DNA of 64,000 nt from Selaginella moellendorffii (GCF_000143415.4 NW_003314410.1:170115-234114), one strand, 5' to 3'. Counted from the stretch's first letter, positions 24,830 to 39,190 are shown. Made by a program: numbers and translations. Notes: generated from the letters alone by a model not told the origin.

Positions 24830-27800
24830 ATGTTGCTATTATGGACATCCGATGGGCACCCAATGTGATGGTTTCAATGGTCATATTTTGCACATCCCAC
24901 CTGTCATTTTTGAGGTGAGGACTGCCTCTCGTTGGATAGGTTGCCATGGTGCAGTTAGTATAAAAGCAATAACAAAAGTGATTCACAATTGAAACAGCTA
25001 GATGGTTATATTTTCTTTTGATGACAAGATTTATAAGGAGGTTTTGACATATAATATATACAGTCAAGTGTAATAAACATGAGGAAGTTTCTATTGTCAA
25101 TTTTTTATTATAAATAATGACATTTTTTTGCTTGAGAATTTTGTTAGGTCTCATGGACGAGCAAGAAAGGATAAATGGACAAAACAATGGATTACTTGAC
25201 ATCTTATTTACAAATTTAAAAGCCAACATTATACAAATATATGAGGTTTGTTGATGTAAATTGGAGGGGTATATACAATAGAATACCACTATTAGAGGTA
25301 TTTCATCATGTTTGCACTAATATTGCCATGTAAAGGTACTACATGGGAATTATGGGAATTATACATTATTCAAGCTGTTGAATAGCAAAATACTGTTTTA
25401 TCTGATGTCAAATTCGTGAAGTTTTTTAGTTATATATGACCCTATAAAACTCACACAAAGCTACTTGTATAGGATTCAGAGGTGGATATATACCTCTTGC
25501 TTTTAATAAATAAGCTTCATATCTTTAACCAAGAAGTGAATCATATCTTCACTACTAGAGTTGTGCTTCACCAACTCTATATAGACCAATATCTCTTTAG
25601 TTAATAGATCACTCCTATATAAAAGCCCATTGAAGGAAGTACTATCCACAAAAGCAAGACATTTATCCAAGCTCATAATCAAGTTCTTTAATCTCTAAGC
25701 ATGTTTTAACTTTGCTAAGCCAAATGCATACCAACATATATCTAGCTTTGCAAGGCTAAACAAATACCACCAAAACTAGCAAATACAAATAAAAGGGCCA
25801 AAAATATATAAATTAAAGTATGATTTAACTTTATTTCAACTATATAATAACACCTGGATCTCTTTATTAAGGATATAAGGGTTTATAGTATAGTGATACT
25901 AATACAATTTTAATCTTGGGAGACTCTTATCTTATTTTAATTATAATAATCTCTTATTAACTTTTTATTCTATTTTAATTAAGAACAGTTAATTTCAGTC
26001 TAATTTAATTTTAAAATTCTTATGAGGTTATAATTTAGAGGAAGCCATTTTTGCCCCAATTTTATGTTCTCTCACTATCTCCACACAACATGGTAAGGCT
26101 AAGTGATCTTAGTCCCATGCAAACCATATTTTCATTGATTTTTTTTTTTGTTCCAAGCATGTGGGGTGAAAATGACAAGAAAAGGGGAAACCCAAAAAAA
26201 GGATCTTTCAAATGTGGGTAATGCTTTATTTTTGTTGTGCCTTAGCACAAAATAATGATCATAGAGATTGTTTATATTTCATTCCCATCCTTCTTCTAGC
26301 TGGAGCTCTTCTTTCACACCTGTTCAACATAATCAATGCAAGCAATAATAGTAGCAATAACAATAATAATATATGCAACTTATCACAGTTCAAATCCCTT
26401 GACTGAGTGCTAACACATGCATCGGCTCATATACTCTTGGACCATCTTCTGTAAAACCACACAACATCATTGAACACACACCAATATAATCAATTCTAAC
26501 TCCCAAAGGGATGCATGTGAGTGGTTAGCTTTTTGTGTTTCCTATTTACAATGCTCACTCTTTAGTTGTTTTTCCTAGTCACAACTCAATACATTTGGCA
26601 TATTAGTGTCTAGACAATGCTTAGTAAGTAGATTTTCTGGAAGCTTTCAACACTGCACTCTCTTGACAGGCTCTTTAACATCTTCTATAGATCCAATGAT
26701 AGATTGCTATCAAAAGGTGGTAGCTTGTGTATTGCCACATGAGCCATCAATAATGTTTATTTCTTTGAAGTTTTTCATAGCTAAAATATCTCTATGCAGA
26801 CTCTATCACTTGTTATGTTCAACAACATGCAACAAACAACCTCCAGTCTCTAGCACCCCAAAGTGGCAAAAAACGTAGTAGATCCCCTCATGGAAACTCT
26901 TCCAAGGATGGAGTACTTTAGCCATTAACAATAATGCTGTGCTCTAAGTGTATCACTATTTTAATTGCATACTATGAACATAGCTTAGGGAACCTTGCAT
27001 GAAGATTACAAAGATTATATATATATTGGAGTGCTTGGAATGGGGAGGCACTTATTGGATAAATACTTTTATTTTAGAGATGGCACAATATGGTATTTAT
27101 GACATGCTCCAACATCCTCCACACAACCTACTGGTCAATCAATTTACACTACTTGGTGCCTTTGTGAAGCAGTCTTGCAAGATGCAAAGAACATCAGTGC
27201 ATGTTAATGTAAGCGATTAAATTTTCCATTCTACTTTAATCACTTAACCACGCCTCTAACCACTTGGAGGAGTCTCATTCACAACCTCCTTAAGTCTAAT
27301 TCAGGACTTGGGACTTGCTAGTCCCGAGAATGGCATCCATGCCACTCAACTTTTGCACTTGGTCCAAGTGCTCGACGTGTCCAGTCCCAAGACCGACACC
27401 CAAAGGTACCACTGACATATCGGCTTGTTACACTAAGGCCATGCCCATTCACCTTTGCCACATTAGTGGTCCAATACCACTTACATCACAATCCTGTCTC
27501 TCCAAGACTGGGCCGTCCGTCCATGAGTGGTCATCCCAGATCCACTCTTTAGCATCCTTAGAATGCCCATAACCATGGGGAATAGCCTTCCCCAACATCC
27601 CTTTGTCAGTTCTTACCAAGTCCCTTTTTCATCCATGGCCATGTTCACCAACACTGCCACTAGATCATGGCTCGCAGGCCCGGCCACTAAGTCCCATTAT
27701 CCTCTGGGACTTCCTCACCATGTGACTGTATCCGTAGTCACTACACTAGAGGACTGCTCCTCCTCCTTACACCCATTTGGGACTTCGGGACAACATTTCG

Positions 27801-30800
27801 GAACACCGTGGGCTTACGCGAGCCCCGTGGGTACTCTCCCCACCTTCCGCATTTACATGCTCTAGCCATGGGCTTAGAGCGAGGTTCCATTGAGCCACAC
27901 TTGGTATCCAAGTAGGTAGTGCCACCCACACTTGGACTGGGAGCATTGGCCAGTCAATCTCCCGGGGGAACTAGAGTTGGCTCTTGAACACTTCACCAAG
28001 CTACCTTGCTTGTCGGTCCGTATTCACTCTAGTCTTGGACTTCCCAGTGGTCAATTCATCACCCAACACTGGGTCTAGCCTTCCTGGGCCAAACTAACCT
28101 TTCCTGGCCAAACTGGCTCCACTGCAGTCCTCCCCCTTACTATACTTTTGGAGCTCACCAAACCCCCCAGGGTCTGGGAGACAAACGCTTTGGGCTTTCA
28201 CCCTCTCAGACTTGAACTCGGACTCGAACTTGGACTCGGACTCGGACTTGGACTTGGACTTGGGCTTAGTCTCGGCCTCGGCCTCGGTCTCGGTCTCGGT
28301 CCCGGTCTCGGTCTCGATCTCGGTCCCGGTCTCGGTCTCGGTTTCGGTCCCGGTCTCGGTCTCGGTCTCGGTTTTGACTTTGGACTCCATCTCGGGTCCA
28401 TCTCAGACTCCATCTCGGGTCCATCTCGGACTCCATCTCGAGTCCATCTCGAACTCCATCTTGGTCCATCTTAGACTCCATCTCGGACTCCACCTCGGAC
28501 TCCATCTCGGACTCCACCTCGGACTCCACCTCGGACTCCATCTCGGACTCCGTCTCGGTCCATCTCGGACTGCAACTCGGGTCCATCTCGGACACTTCCA
28601 CGTGTCATGTGTTGGTCATGTTGGGTCCCTTTTTGGAGCCTCGCTTATTGCTTGCTTCGTGCTTGTTCCTTAAGCACTTTGTTGGGAGTTCCACTCCCGC
28701 TCTCGACCTTTCAAGTCGGAGCTTTTAGTCCAAACATGTTATGCTCGTTTGGCTTTCGCTTCGGCCACTACCACGTGGCACCCTTCCGGCTCCACTTTGG
28801 GGTCTAGGGATTTTGTGTCTCATAATTAAGACTCTCAAGTTTGGAGAGAGCTCTCTAAAGTCTTACTTTTGGAATGTTATGATTGCATGGGCTACAATTT
28901 GCAACAAAAACAATAGAAAACCATCTTCGATCATTTATCTATACAACACAAGCTAACACTTGACACACACACTACCAAAAACAAGCATATACCTCTTGGC
29001 AGTGAGAGAAAAATGCCAATGGTATTTTTTTTTCTTTGTAAAATTTATCATCATATTAATGTTGTCATTTTTTTTTATAAGTGCATATACCAGTGGCAAA
29101 ATGCCATCTCTAACACCAGGCAATGTTGCCAATAAAATTCTATAAGAAGAAGATATTAGCTTGCAAGATATTCAACACCAATAATGCAATAAGGAGGTGG
29201 TTATTGATGTTGGCAAGGACAATATAAAAGATGAAGAAGATAACTTGTATCTAGATGAAGAACTAAAAGAAATAAAAAACATACCAAATTTCTAGCACTT
29301 GTTCCAATATCTAATTCATGTAAAAAATGTTGTTTTATATTGCCTCCATCCTTGATACTTCTCCATAACTCAACTGCTTTTCATTTGTGATAGTGAAGAT
29401 AATCGAACAGAAGAAGATTCATCATATCTGGTTCCAATTTATGATAAAAGTGACATGTAACCACTTACGGATTTAATATATCTTCTAGAGGCTAAAGATG
29501 TGCCAAAGTAAGCTTTTCATATGTTTTGTTGACCAATTGTGTATATAAGTTTGAATGTATACAAGACAATTGGTTGCAAGTGTGTAAGCAGTATATACAA
29601 AAAGTTTAGGTAGTGTCACAAGCAAACATAAGATTCCAATTGCTACAAGTAGAGGAGATTAGTACTATTGAACATGCAACAAGAGTTATGGAGATCACTA
29701 CCTTGGAATCCCATGATGACAACATGATACCCATGGTAATATGGTTGAAGACTAAAGTCCTTGGGTAGTATGGAATGGGAGATGTAAAGCATAGTGGAGA
29801 TAGTGGCTTACAAGGAGCTCTTTTCTATATTGGGTTCTCAATGAAAATACAATATTATATTAGCAAGAGTGGCAATGCAAACAAATATTGTGGAGGCTGA
29901 CTGTAAAGCTCTTTTCTGTGATGGAGGTATTAATATTGTAGTGGAAAACTCATGTGATCCAAATGATTATGCTATTATACAGACTACAAGACATTGGTAC
30001 TTGGAAAGATTGTAGTATAACAATACAGGCATTTTCAACTAAACAAGGATATCATAGACAAGCTATTAAGGTTTTTTAAAGTTCTGGAACAAAGTATAGC
30101 CAATTTTTATATTTCCTAGTGGAGCACATAGTGTTATGTCCATACCAAGAGGCTAGAAGAAAACTTAAGTTGGAGTTGGTGAATGTATATATTCTATATA
30201 CTTTTGCTTCAATTAAAAGTCTTTTATTTCCTAGATAGCAGTAAATAATAAGTTCTCATGCCTGAAGCCTATTTTCAAACTAGATTGTCATACTCTTTAA
30301 TTCTCATGTGATATTGCTACGGCAATTGTGTGGGAAATGAGAACCATTTATGCCAGAGGCCTATGACAAAATGCATTCCATGGGACATTGTGGCAAGTAC
30401 CAAGAAATGTGAATAAAACTTGATTTGCTTTTCCAAGAAAATCAAGTTTGTGTGTTTGCCGATGGTGCCTCATATTGGCATCCAAACAAACTCATCTTAG
30501 ATGACTTTACAAGAAGCTGATAAAAAAATGGTATGAATTACAAGTTGAATATATTAAGATCTTTTAGCTATACTTTTTTATAGGCCATGTTTATTAGTTA
30601 GCTATTATTCAAATGTTTTGAAGCTCAAGCATAAATCTCTTGATTGTGTAGTATAACTACACTAACAATGGTTGCAAAGGAGATCCTAGATCCATGCAAC
30701 AGAAGGCTATTATGAGATAACCTTTGTGAAATGAACTTGAAGTTATGTGCCCCTTGAATTTAGGATGGAGTGAACATGGTGTAAGCCATTGTAAGTCTCT

Positions 30801-31015
30801 AAATTATAGATGAAAAGAAGGTAGTGAAAGAGATATTAAAAAACTTGGCAATCACTCATCGCTATTAAGTTTTGAAGATGGCTTTAAAGGACTTTAATGG
30901 CAATTTATTATAAAGCATATAAGAATTGTCTAAATTGAAATGAAAACTTATAGAAGTTTTGAGTATGACTCTTCCAAATAACTAAAGTAGAATAAAAAAA
31001 TCCAGTTGCTTACAA
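24830..31015. repeat. AT-rich CpG-depleted spacer duplicated at 32700-37560 and partly at 40010-41200; probably decayed TE-derived sequence
   Basis: Collinear similarity between the spacers is directly visible; ORF fragments recur (e.g. MKITKI.YILECLEWGG at 26999 and 35145). Confidence 0.8.
27208..28824 (-). mobile_element. Solo LTR of the same family as 6017-7959, with an imperfect 5-bp TSD
   Basis: TGTAAGCGA…TGTCTCATA flanked by GTTAA / ATTAA; the empty site catGTTGAgact is present in sister spacers at 35349-35353 and 41082-41086. Confidence 0.9.
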
Positions 31016-31109
31016 ATAATAAATATTTTGTAAACTTACAAAATTAGCGTGGCTTCTTCTTTTCATACTTTTCTTATTTGAAATATTCATCAATATTCAA
31101 AAGGCTTAC

Positions 31110-31355
31110 CGTTGACCAGATTGAGGCCTTTGCACTTTCATGAAAAAATCAAGTTCTTCATGTTTGCAAGGTTATTGCAAAACTATGTAAGCTTGGTTTC
31201 CTTACTGGGTTGGTTTCAGGTAGAGTTTATCATGGATCTGCTGGAGTTGCACTAGTTCCTGGCTCTGTGTTCTTTGGTTATGAGAATGGGTAGCTTTTTG
31301 TGAACTTTGGTAGTAGCCGAAACTCTTTTGCTTGGTATGCATCTTAACAGGAAAC
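31110..31355 (+). pseudogene. 3' remnant of the aminotransferase downstream of MTPSL copy 2
   Basis: tttgcaaggtt..gcaaaactatgtaagc and gctggagttgcactagttcctggctc match 45040-45185. Confidence 0.8.
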
Positions 31356-31385
31356 TATATGTTTTATTTTTCATGGCCTTTTCAT

Positions 31386-32484
31386 TCAGACTTGCAGATG
31401 GGGATGAGTTGGTTTGTACTCGGGGAGTATGATAGTCTGCGTATCATGAAACAACCAAGTCCCACTGAATGGCTCTCCTGTTACAAATGGATTATCAACA
31501 CCGTGGTACCGAGCTGTGAGGTAGTGCCAACGTAGGTTTCCAGGGATGAATGCCGGAATCGCTCTAAGGTACGCCAGAAAGTCGTGGTTGCCAGATTCCA
31601 TCGCTTTCCTCGTCAGGATCTCGTGGTAATACATGAATTCTTGTTCTTTTTCCTGAACCATGGCATTCGCCTTATCGACTGCCTGCTGAACAGAGCGAAC
31701 GGTGTGGTCCGTGAAGAGCAAGAGAAAAATTATGTTCTTGAAAGTTTTCTTCCTCAGCTCCTTTGGGAATGAAAAGATGTCGTTCACCAGCCAGATGTGA
31801 TCAAACATGGCATCTATCGCCCGGAGGTACTCCTCGCTTTCCAGATCCTTGTCTCTCAGCTTCACTCCGAGGCACATCTGCGTGAAGTTAAGCATCGGCT
31901 TGACAACGAAGTCCTCCCGGCGATGCACAGCGTTAAGACTCTTTCGTGAACTCCTCTTCGTCCGAGTAGCAGCCAACAAATTTCCTGTACGAGACGAGCA
32001 GCCGCTGGAAGAGGAGCGGCGACATAAGCTTCCGCAGATCTGGGACGAGCTCGGCTTGGGCGACGAGCACGGGCTTGTTGGGAACTTGGGCGATGGATCT
32101 TTGACCGGAGGCAAGGCTCATGTAAGCTTCCAGGATCTCGTTCCGCTGCGAAGGCTCCTCGTCGACAGCATCGTCGAGAATGGTGATGAGCCAGGTGTAC
32201 TTGGCGGCCGCTAGAGCGTGCCTGGAGTCGCCCCAAGGCACAACGAAGGTGCCGTAGAGTGGCGTCCTCCACTGGGTGAAGCATTTCTTCTCTGCAGCGG
32301 CATTGGTGGCATTGATCTTGAGGAAGCGAAAGGCCCAATCGTTCGCCTGTCTGGAGACGGAGGCGTAGTCTGGGTGGCACTGCAATGGCAGCGAGCAGCG
32401 GATTTGAGGCAAGTAGATGCTCTTGCAGGCGAGGAGCTGCTCCAGAATTTGGGGACGATAGATAGAAGGCGCGGCCATTATCAT
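31386..32484 (-). pseudogene. MTPSL copy 2, frameshifted
   Basis: 9-bp deletion (loses AKV) plus a 1-nt insertion at ~31933 (gcgttaagac vs gcgtaagac) giving a stop after 183 aa; the rest continues in another frame. Confidence 0.85.
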
Positions 32485-35400
32485 CCACTCTGGAGAACCT
32501 CTATTGAGGCGATCTCTTAAACTATTGAGGTGTGAACAGCGAGATAAGAGCCCATTAGGATGAGGAAGAGCTGTCGTATAGCTGTTAGTATGCTGTTTCG
32601 GCCTGGCGTGTTATTCGCAAACCGATGTAGCGTGAAAAAGTCCGTACTGCAGAATATTGCGTCCGCCACGTGGTGACATTCATTCGGCCACCATAATTAT
32701 GTTGCTATTATGGACATCCGATGGGCACCCAATGTGATGGTTTCAGTGGTCATATTTTGCACATCCCATGGTATGGACCATGACTCCTGTCATTTTGAGG
32801 GGAGGACTGCCTCTCGTTGGATAGGGTGCCATGGTGCAGTTAGTATTGGTACTGAAAAAGCAATAACAAAAGTGATTCACAATTGAAACAGTTAGATGGT
32901 TGTATTTTCTCTTGATGACAAGATTTATAAGGAGGTTTTGACATGTAATATATACAGTCAAGTGTAATAAACATGAGGAAGTTTCTATTGTCAATTTTTT
33001 AATTATAAATAATGACATTTTTTTGCTTGAGAATTTTGTCAGGTCTCATGGAAGAGCAAGAAGGGATAAATGGACAATCTATCCCGACTCTTCTTCAATA
33101 TCTGATAACAAGGAACTAAAATAGAGGTATATAATTTTATGTAAATTCTTAAGCATTTGAGGAATTCCAACATTTCTTGGATTTTAGAGGTTTTTAACAA
33201 TATAACTACTTTTTATTTGTGGATGCACTTGACAATTTGTGAGACCAAAACAATGGATTACTTGACATCTTATTTACAGATTTAAAAGCTAACATTATAC
33301 AAATATATGAGGTTTGTTGATGTAAATTGGAGAGGTATATACAATAGAATATTAGAGGTACTTCATCATGTTTGCACTAATATTGCCATGTAAAGGTACT
33401 ACATGGGAATTATGAATGATTCAAGCTGTTGAACAGCAAAATACTGTTTTATCTGATGTCAAATTTGTGAAGCTTTTTAGTTATATATGACCCTACAAGG
33501 CTCACACAAAGCTACTTGTCTAGGATTCAGAGGTGGATATATACCTCTTGCTTTTAATAAATAAGCTTCATATCTTTAACCAAGAAGTGAATTTTCAAAT
33601 TGGCACAACTAATAACTATTAATGCTTCACTACTAGAGTTGTGCTTCACCAACTCTATATAGACCAATATCTCTTTAGTTAATGGATCACTCCTATATAA
33701 AAGCCCATTGAAGGAAGTACTATCCATAAAAGCAAGACATTTATCCAAGCTCACAATCAAGTTCTTTACCCTCTAAGCATGTTCTAACTTTGTTAAGCCA
33801 AATGCATACCAGCATATATCTAGCTTTGCAAGGCTAAACAAATACCACCAAAACTAGCAAATACAAATAAAAGGGCCAAAAATATTTAAATTAAAGTATG
33901 ATTTAACTTATATAATAACACCTGGATCTCTTTATTAAGGATATAAGGGTTTATAGTATAGTGATACTAATACAATCTTAAGTTTCTTTTATTATTACAT
34001 TTTCATTTATCATCATAAATAATTTCTGATTTCTATTCTTGTGTGTCTTATAATGATAATAAAATGGAAAATTCTTATCTTATTTTAATTATTATTAAAT
34101 TTTTATTCTATTTTAATTAAGAACAGTTAATTTCATTCTAATTTAATTTTAAAATTCTTATGAGGTTATAATTTAGAGGAAGCCATTTTTTGCCCCAATT
34201 TGGTGTTCTCTCACTATCTCCACACAACATGGTAAGGCTAAGTGATCTTAGTCCCATGCAAACCATATTTTCATTGATTTTCTTTTATTCCAAGCATGTG
34301 GGGTGAAAATGACGAGAAAAGGGGAAACCCAAAGAAGGGATCCTCCAAATGTGGATAATGCTTTATTCTTGTTGTGCCTTAGCGCATGAGTAAGTCAAGA
34401 GAATGATCATAGAGATTGTCTATGTTTCATTCCTATCCTTCTTCTAGCTGGAGCTCTTCCTTCACACCTATCCAACATAATCAATGCAATCAATAGTAGT
34501 AGCAATAACAATAATAATATATGCAACTTGTCACAGCTCAAATCCCTTGACTGAGTGCTAACACATGCATCAGCTCACATACTCTTGGACCATCTTTTGT
34601 AAAACCACACAACATCACCGAACACACACCAACATAATCAACTCTAACTCCCAAAGGGATGCATGTGAGTGGTTAGCTTTTTGTGTTTCCTATTTACAAT
34701 GCTCACTCTCTAGTTGTTTTTCCTAGTCACAACTCAATACATTTATTACATTAGTGTCTAGACAATGCTCAGCAAGTAGATTTTTTGGAAGCCTTTGACA
34801 CTACACTCTCTTGACAGACTCTTTAACATCTTCTAAAGATCCAATGATGGATTGCTATCAAGAGGTGGCAGCTTGTGTATTGCCACATGAGCCATCAATA
34901 ATGTTTATTTCTTTAAAGTTTTTCATAGCTAAAATATCTCTATGCAGACTCTATCACTTGCTATGTTCAACAACATGCAGCAAACAACCTCTAGTCTCTA
35001 GCACCCCAAAGTGGCAAGAAATGTAGCAAATCCCCCCATGAAAACTCTTCCAAGGAGAGTACTTTAGCCATTGACGATAATGCTATACTCTAAGTGTATC
35101 ACTATTTCAATTGCATACCATGAATATAGCTTAGGAAACCTTGCATGAAGATTACAAAGATTATGTATATATTAGAGTGCTTGGAATGGGGAGGCATTTA
35201 CTGGATAAATACTTTTATGTCAGAGATGGCACAATATGGCATTTATGACATGCTCCAACATCCTCCACACAACCTACTAGTCAATCAATTTACACTACTT
35301 AATGCCTTTGTGAAGCAATTTTGCAAGATGCAAAGAACATTAGTGCATGTTGAGACTCTCAAGTTTAGAGAGAGCTCTCTAAAGTCTTGCTTTTGGAATG

Positions 35401-37659
35401 TTATGATTGCATGGGTTACAATTTGCAACAAAAGCAATAAAAAACCATTTTCGGTCATTTATCTATACAACACAAGCTAACACTTGACACACACACTACC
35501 AAAAACAAACATATACGTCTTGGCAGTGAGAGAAAAATGCTTATGGTTTTTTTTTTCTTTGTAGAATTTATCATTATATTAATATTGTCATTTCTTTCTT
35601 ATAAGTGTATATACCAGTGGCAAGATGCCATCTCTAACACCAGGCAATGTTTTCAATCAAATTCTGTAAGAAGAAGATATTAGCTTGCAAGATATTCAAC
35701 ACCAATAATGCAATGAGGAGGTGGTTATTGATGTTGGCAAGGACAATATAAAAGATGAAAAAGATAACTCGTATCTAGATGAGAACTAAAAGAAATAAAA
35801 AACATACTAGAATTTCCACCATTTATTCTAATATCTAGTTCATGTAAAAAATGTTGTTTTCTATTGCTTCCATCCTTGATACTTTTCCATAAGTCAACTA
35901 CTTCTCATTTCTGATAGTGAAGATGATCGAACAGAAGAAGATTCATCACATTTGGTTCTAGTTTATGATAAGAGTGACATGCAACCATTTACAGATTTAA
36001 TATATCTTCTAGAGGCTAAAGATGTACCAAAGTAAGTTTTTCATATGTTTTGTTGTATGTCTTTCTAACAATTGTATATATAGGTTTAAATGTATACAAG
36101 ACAATTGGTTGCAAGTGTGTAAGTAGGACATACAAAAAGTTTAGATAGTGTCACAAGCGAACATAAGATTTTAATTGCTATAAGTAGAGGAGATTAGTGC
36201 TATTGAACATGCAACAAGAGTTATGGAGATCATTACCTTGGAATCCCATGATGACAACATAATAGCCATGGTAATATGGTTGAAAACTAAGGTCCTTGGG
36301 TAGTATGGAATGGGAGATGTAGAGCATAGTGGAGATAGTGGCTTACAAGGAGCTCTTTTCTATATTGGGTTCTCAATAAAAATGCAATATTATCTTAGCA
36401 AGAGTGATAATGCAAACAAATATTGTGGAGGCTGACTATAAAGCTCTTTTCTGTGATGGAGGTATTAATGTTGTGGTGGAAAACTCATGTGATCCAAATG
36501 ATTATGCTATTATATAGACTGCAAGACATTGGTACTTGGAAAGATTGTAGTATAACAATACAGGCATTTTCAACTAAACAAGGATATCATAGACAAGCTA
36601 TTAAGGTTTTTTAAAGTTCTGGAACAAAGTATAACCAATGTTTATATTTCCTAGTGGAGCATATAGTGTTGTGTTCATACCAAGAGGCTAGGAGAAAACT
36701 TAAGTTGGAGTTGGTGAATGTATATATTCTATATACTTTTGCTTCAATTAAAAGTCTTTTATTTCCTAGATAGTGGTAAATAATAAGTTCTCACACCTGA
36801 AGCCTCTTTTAAAACTAGATTGTCATACTCCTCAATTTTAAGTGAAGTATGCATGTGATATTGCTATAGCAATTGTGTGGGAAATGAGAACCATTTATGC
36901 CAAATGCCTACGACAAAATGCATTCCATGGGACATTATAGCAAATACCAAGAAATGTGAATAACACTTGATTTGCTTTTCCAAGAAAGTCAAGTTTGTGT
37001 GTTTGCCGATGATGCCTCATATTGGCATCCAAACAAACTCCAATCTCAGATGACTTTACAAGAAGCTGATCAAAAAATGGTATGAATTATAAGTTGAATA
37101 TATTAAGATCTTTTAGCTATACTTTTTTATAGGCCATGTTTATTAGTTGGCTATTGTTCAAATGTTTTGAAGCTCAAACATAAATCTCTTGATTGTGTAA
37201 TATAACTACACTAACAATGGTTGCAAAGAAGATTCTAGATCCATGCAACAAAAAGCTATTATGAGATAGCCTTTGTGAAATGAACTTGAAGTTGTGTGCT
37301 CCTTGAATTTAGGATAGAGTGAACATGGTGTAAGCCATTGTAAGTCTCCAAATTATAGATGAAAAGAAGGTAGTGAAGGAGATACTAGAAAACTTGGTAA
37401 TCACTTGTCGCTACTAAGTTTTGAAGATGGCTTTACAGGACTTTAATGGCAATTTATTATAAAGCATATAGCAATTGAAATGAAAACTTATAGAGGTTTT
37501 GAGTATAACTCTTCCAAATGGTTAAATAACTAAAGTAGAATAAAAAAATCCAGTTGCTTACAAATAATAAATAATTTTGTAAACTTACAAAGTTAGCGTG
37601 GCTTCTTCTTTTCATACTTTTCTTATTTGAAATATTCATCAATATTCAAAAGGCTTACC

Positions 37660-37875
37660 GTTGACAAGATTGAGGCCTTTGCACTTTCATGAGTTCTTCG
37701 TGTTTGCAAGGTTATTGCAAAGCGATGTAAGCTCGGTTTCCTTACTGGGTCATGGATCTGCTGGAGTTGCACTAGTTCCTGGCTCTGTGTTCTTTGGTTA
37801 TGAGAGTCGGGTAGCTTTTTGTGAACTTTGGTAGTAGCGGAAACTCTTTTGCTTGCTCTGCATCTTAACAGGAAA
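37660..37875 (+). pseudogene. 3' remnant of the aminotransferase downstream of MTPSL copy 3
   Basis: Same remnant blocks as 31110-31355. Confidence 0.8.
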
Positions 37876-37906
37876 CTTTATGTTTTATTTTTCATGGCCT
37901 TTTCAT

Positions 37907-39013
37907 TCAAACTTGCAGATGGGGATGAGTTGGTTTGTACTCGGGGAGTATGATAGTCTGCGTATCATGAAACAACCAAGTCCCACTGAATGGCTCTCCT
38001 GTTACAAATGGATTATCAACACCGTGGTACCGAGCTGTGAGGTAGTGCCAACGTAGGTTTCCAGGGATGAATGCCGGAATCGCTCTAAGGTACGCCAGAA
38101 AGTCGTGGTTGCCAGATTCCATCGCTTTCCTCGTCAGGATCTCGTGGTAATACATGAATTCTTGTTCTTTTTCCTGAATCATGGCGTTCGCCTTATCGAC
38201 TGCCTGTTGAACAGAGCGAACGGTGTGGTCCGTGAAGAGCAAGAGAAAAATTATGTTCTTGAAAGTTTTCTTCCTCAGCTCCTTTGGGAATGAAAAGATG
38301 TCGTTCACCAGCCAGATGTGATCAAACATGGCATCTATCGCCCGGAGGTACTCCTCGCTTTCCAGATCCTTGTCTCTCAGCTCCACTCCGAGGCACATCT
38401 GCGTGAAGTTAAGCATCGGCTTGACAACGAAGTCCTCCCGGCGATGCACAGCGTAAGACTCTTTCGTGAACTCCTCTTCGTCGACTTTGGCCGAGTAGCA
38501 GCCAACAAATTTCCTGTACGAGACGAGCAGCCGCTGGAAGAGGAGCGGCGACATAAGCTTCCGCAGATCTGGGACGAGCTCGGCTTGGGCGACGAGCACG
38601 GGCTTATTGGGAACTTGGGCGATGGATCTTTGACCGGAGGCAAGGCTCATGTAAGCTTCCAGGATCTCGTCCCGCTGCGAAGGCTCCTCGTCGACAGCAT
38701 CGTCGAGAATGGTGATGAGCCAGGTGTACTTGGCGGCCGCTAGAGCGTGCCTGGAGTCGCCCCAAGGCACAACAAAGGTGCCGTAGAGTGGCGTCCTGCA
38801 CTGGGTAAAGTATTTCTTATCGGCAGCGGCATTGGTGGCATTGATCTTGAGGAAGCGAAAGGCCCAATCGTTCGCCTGTTTGGAGACGGAGACGTAGTTT
38901 GGGTGGCACTGCAATGGCAGCGAGCAGCGAATTTGAGGCAAGTAGATGCTCTTGCAGGCGAGGAGCTGCTCCAGAATTTGGAGACGATAGATAGAAGGCG
39001 CGGCCATTATCAT
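37907..39013 (-). CDS. MTPSL: MTPSL copy 3, intronless, intact
   Basis: 368 aa; DDAVD, NDIFSFPKE and RY intact. Confidence 0.93.
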   Translation of the reverse strand: MIMAAPSIYRLQILEQLLACKSIYLPQIRCSLPLQCHPNYVSVSKQANDWAFRFLKINATNAAADKKYFTQCRTPLYGTFVVPWGDSRHALAAAKYTWLITILDDAVDEEPSQRDEILEAYMSLASGQRSIAQVPNKPVLVAQAELVPDLRKLMSPLLFQRLLVSYRKFVGCYSAKVDEEEFTKESYAVHRREDFVVKPMLNFTQMCLGVELRDKDLESEEYLRAIDAMFDHIWLVNDIFSFPKELRKKTFKNIIFLLLFTDHTVRSVQQAVDKANAMIQEKEQEFMYYHEILTRKAMESGNHDFLAYLRAIPAFIPGNLRWHYLTARYHGVDNPFVTGEPFSGTWLFHDTQTIILPEYKPTHPHLQV

Positions 39014-39190
39014 TCACTCTGGAGAAGAAAGAGCTAAGGGCCCTGCTTTATTGAGGCCTTGTGACATTTGATCTCCCTATTGAGGGGTGAACAGCGAGAT
39101 AAACGTGACGAAGAGCTGTTGTATAGCTGTTAGAGACCTGTAGGTCGTTAGTACGACTCCATGAACCTCATTAAATAACCACATCTTCTC

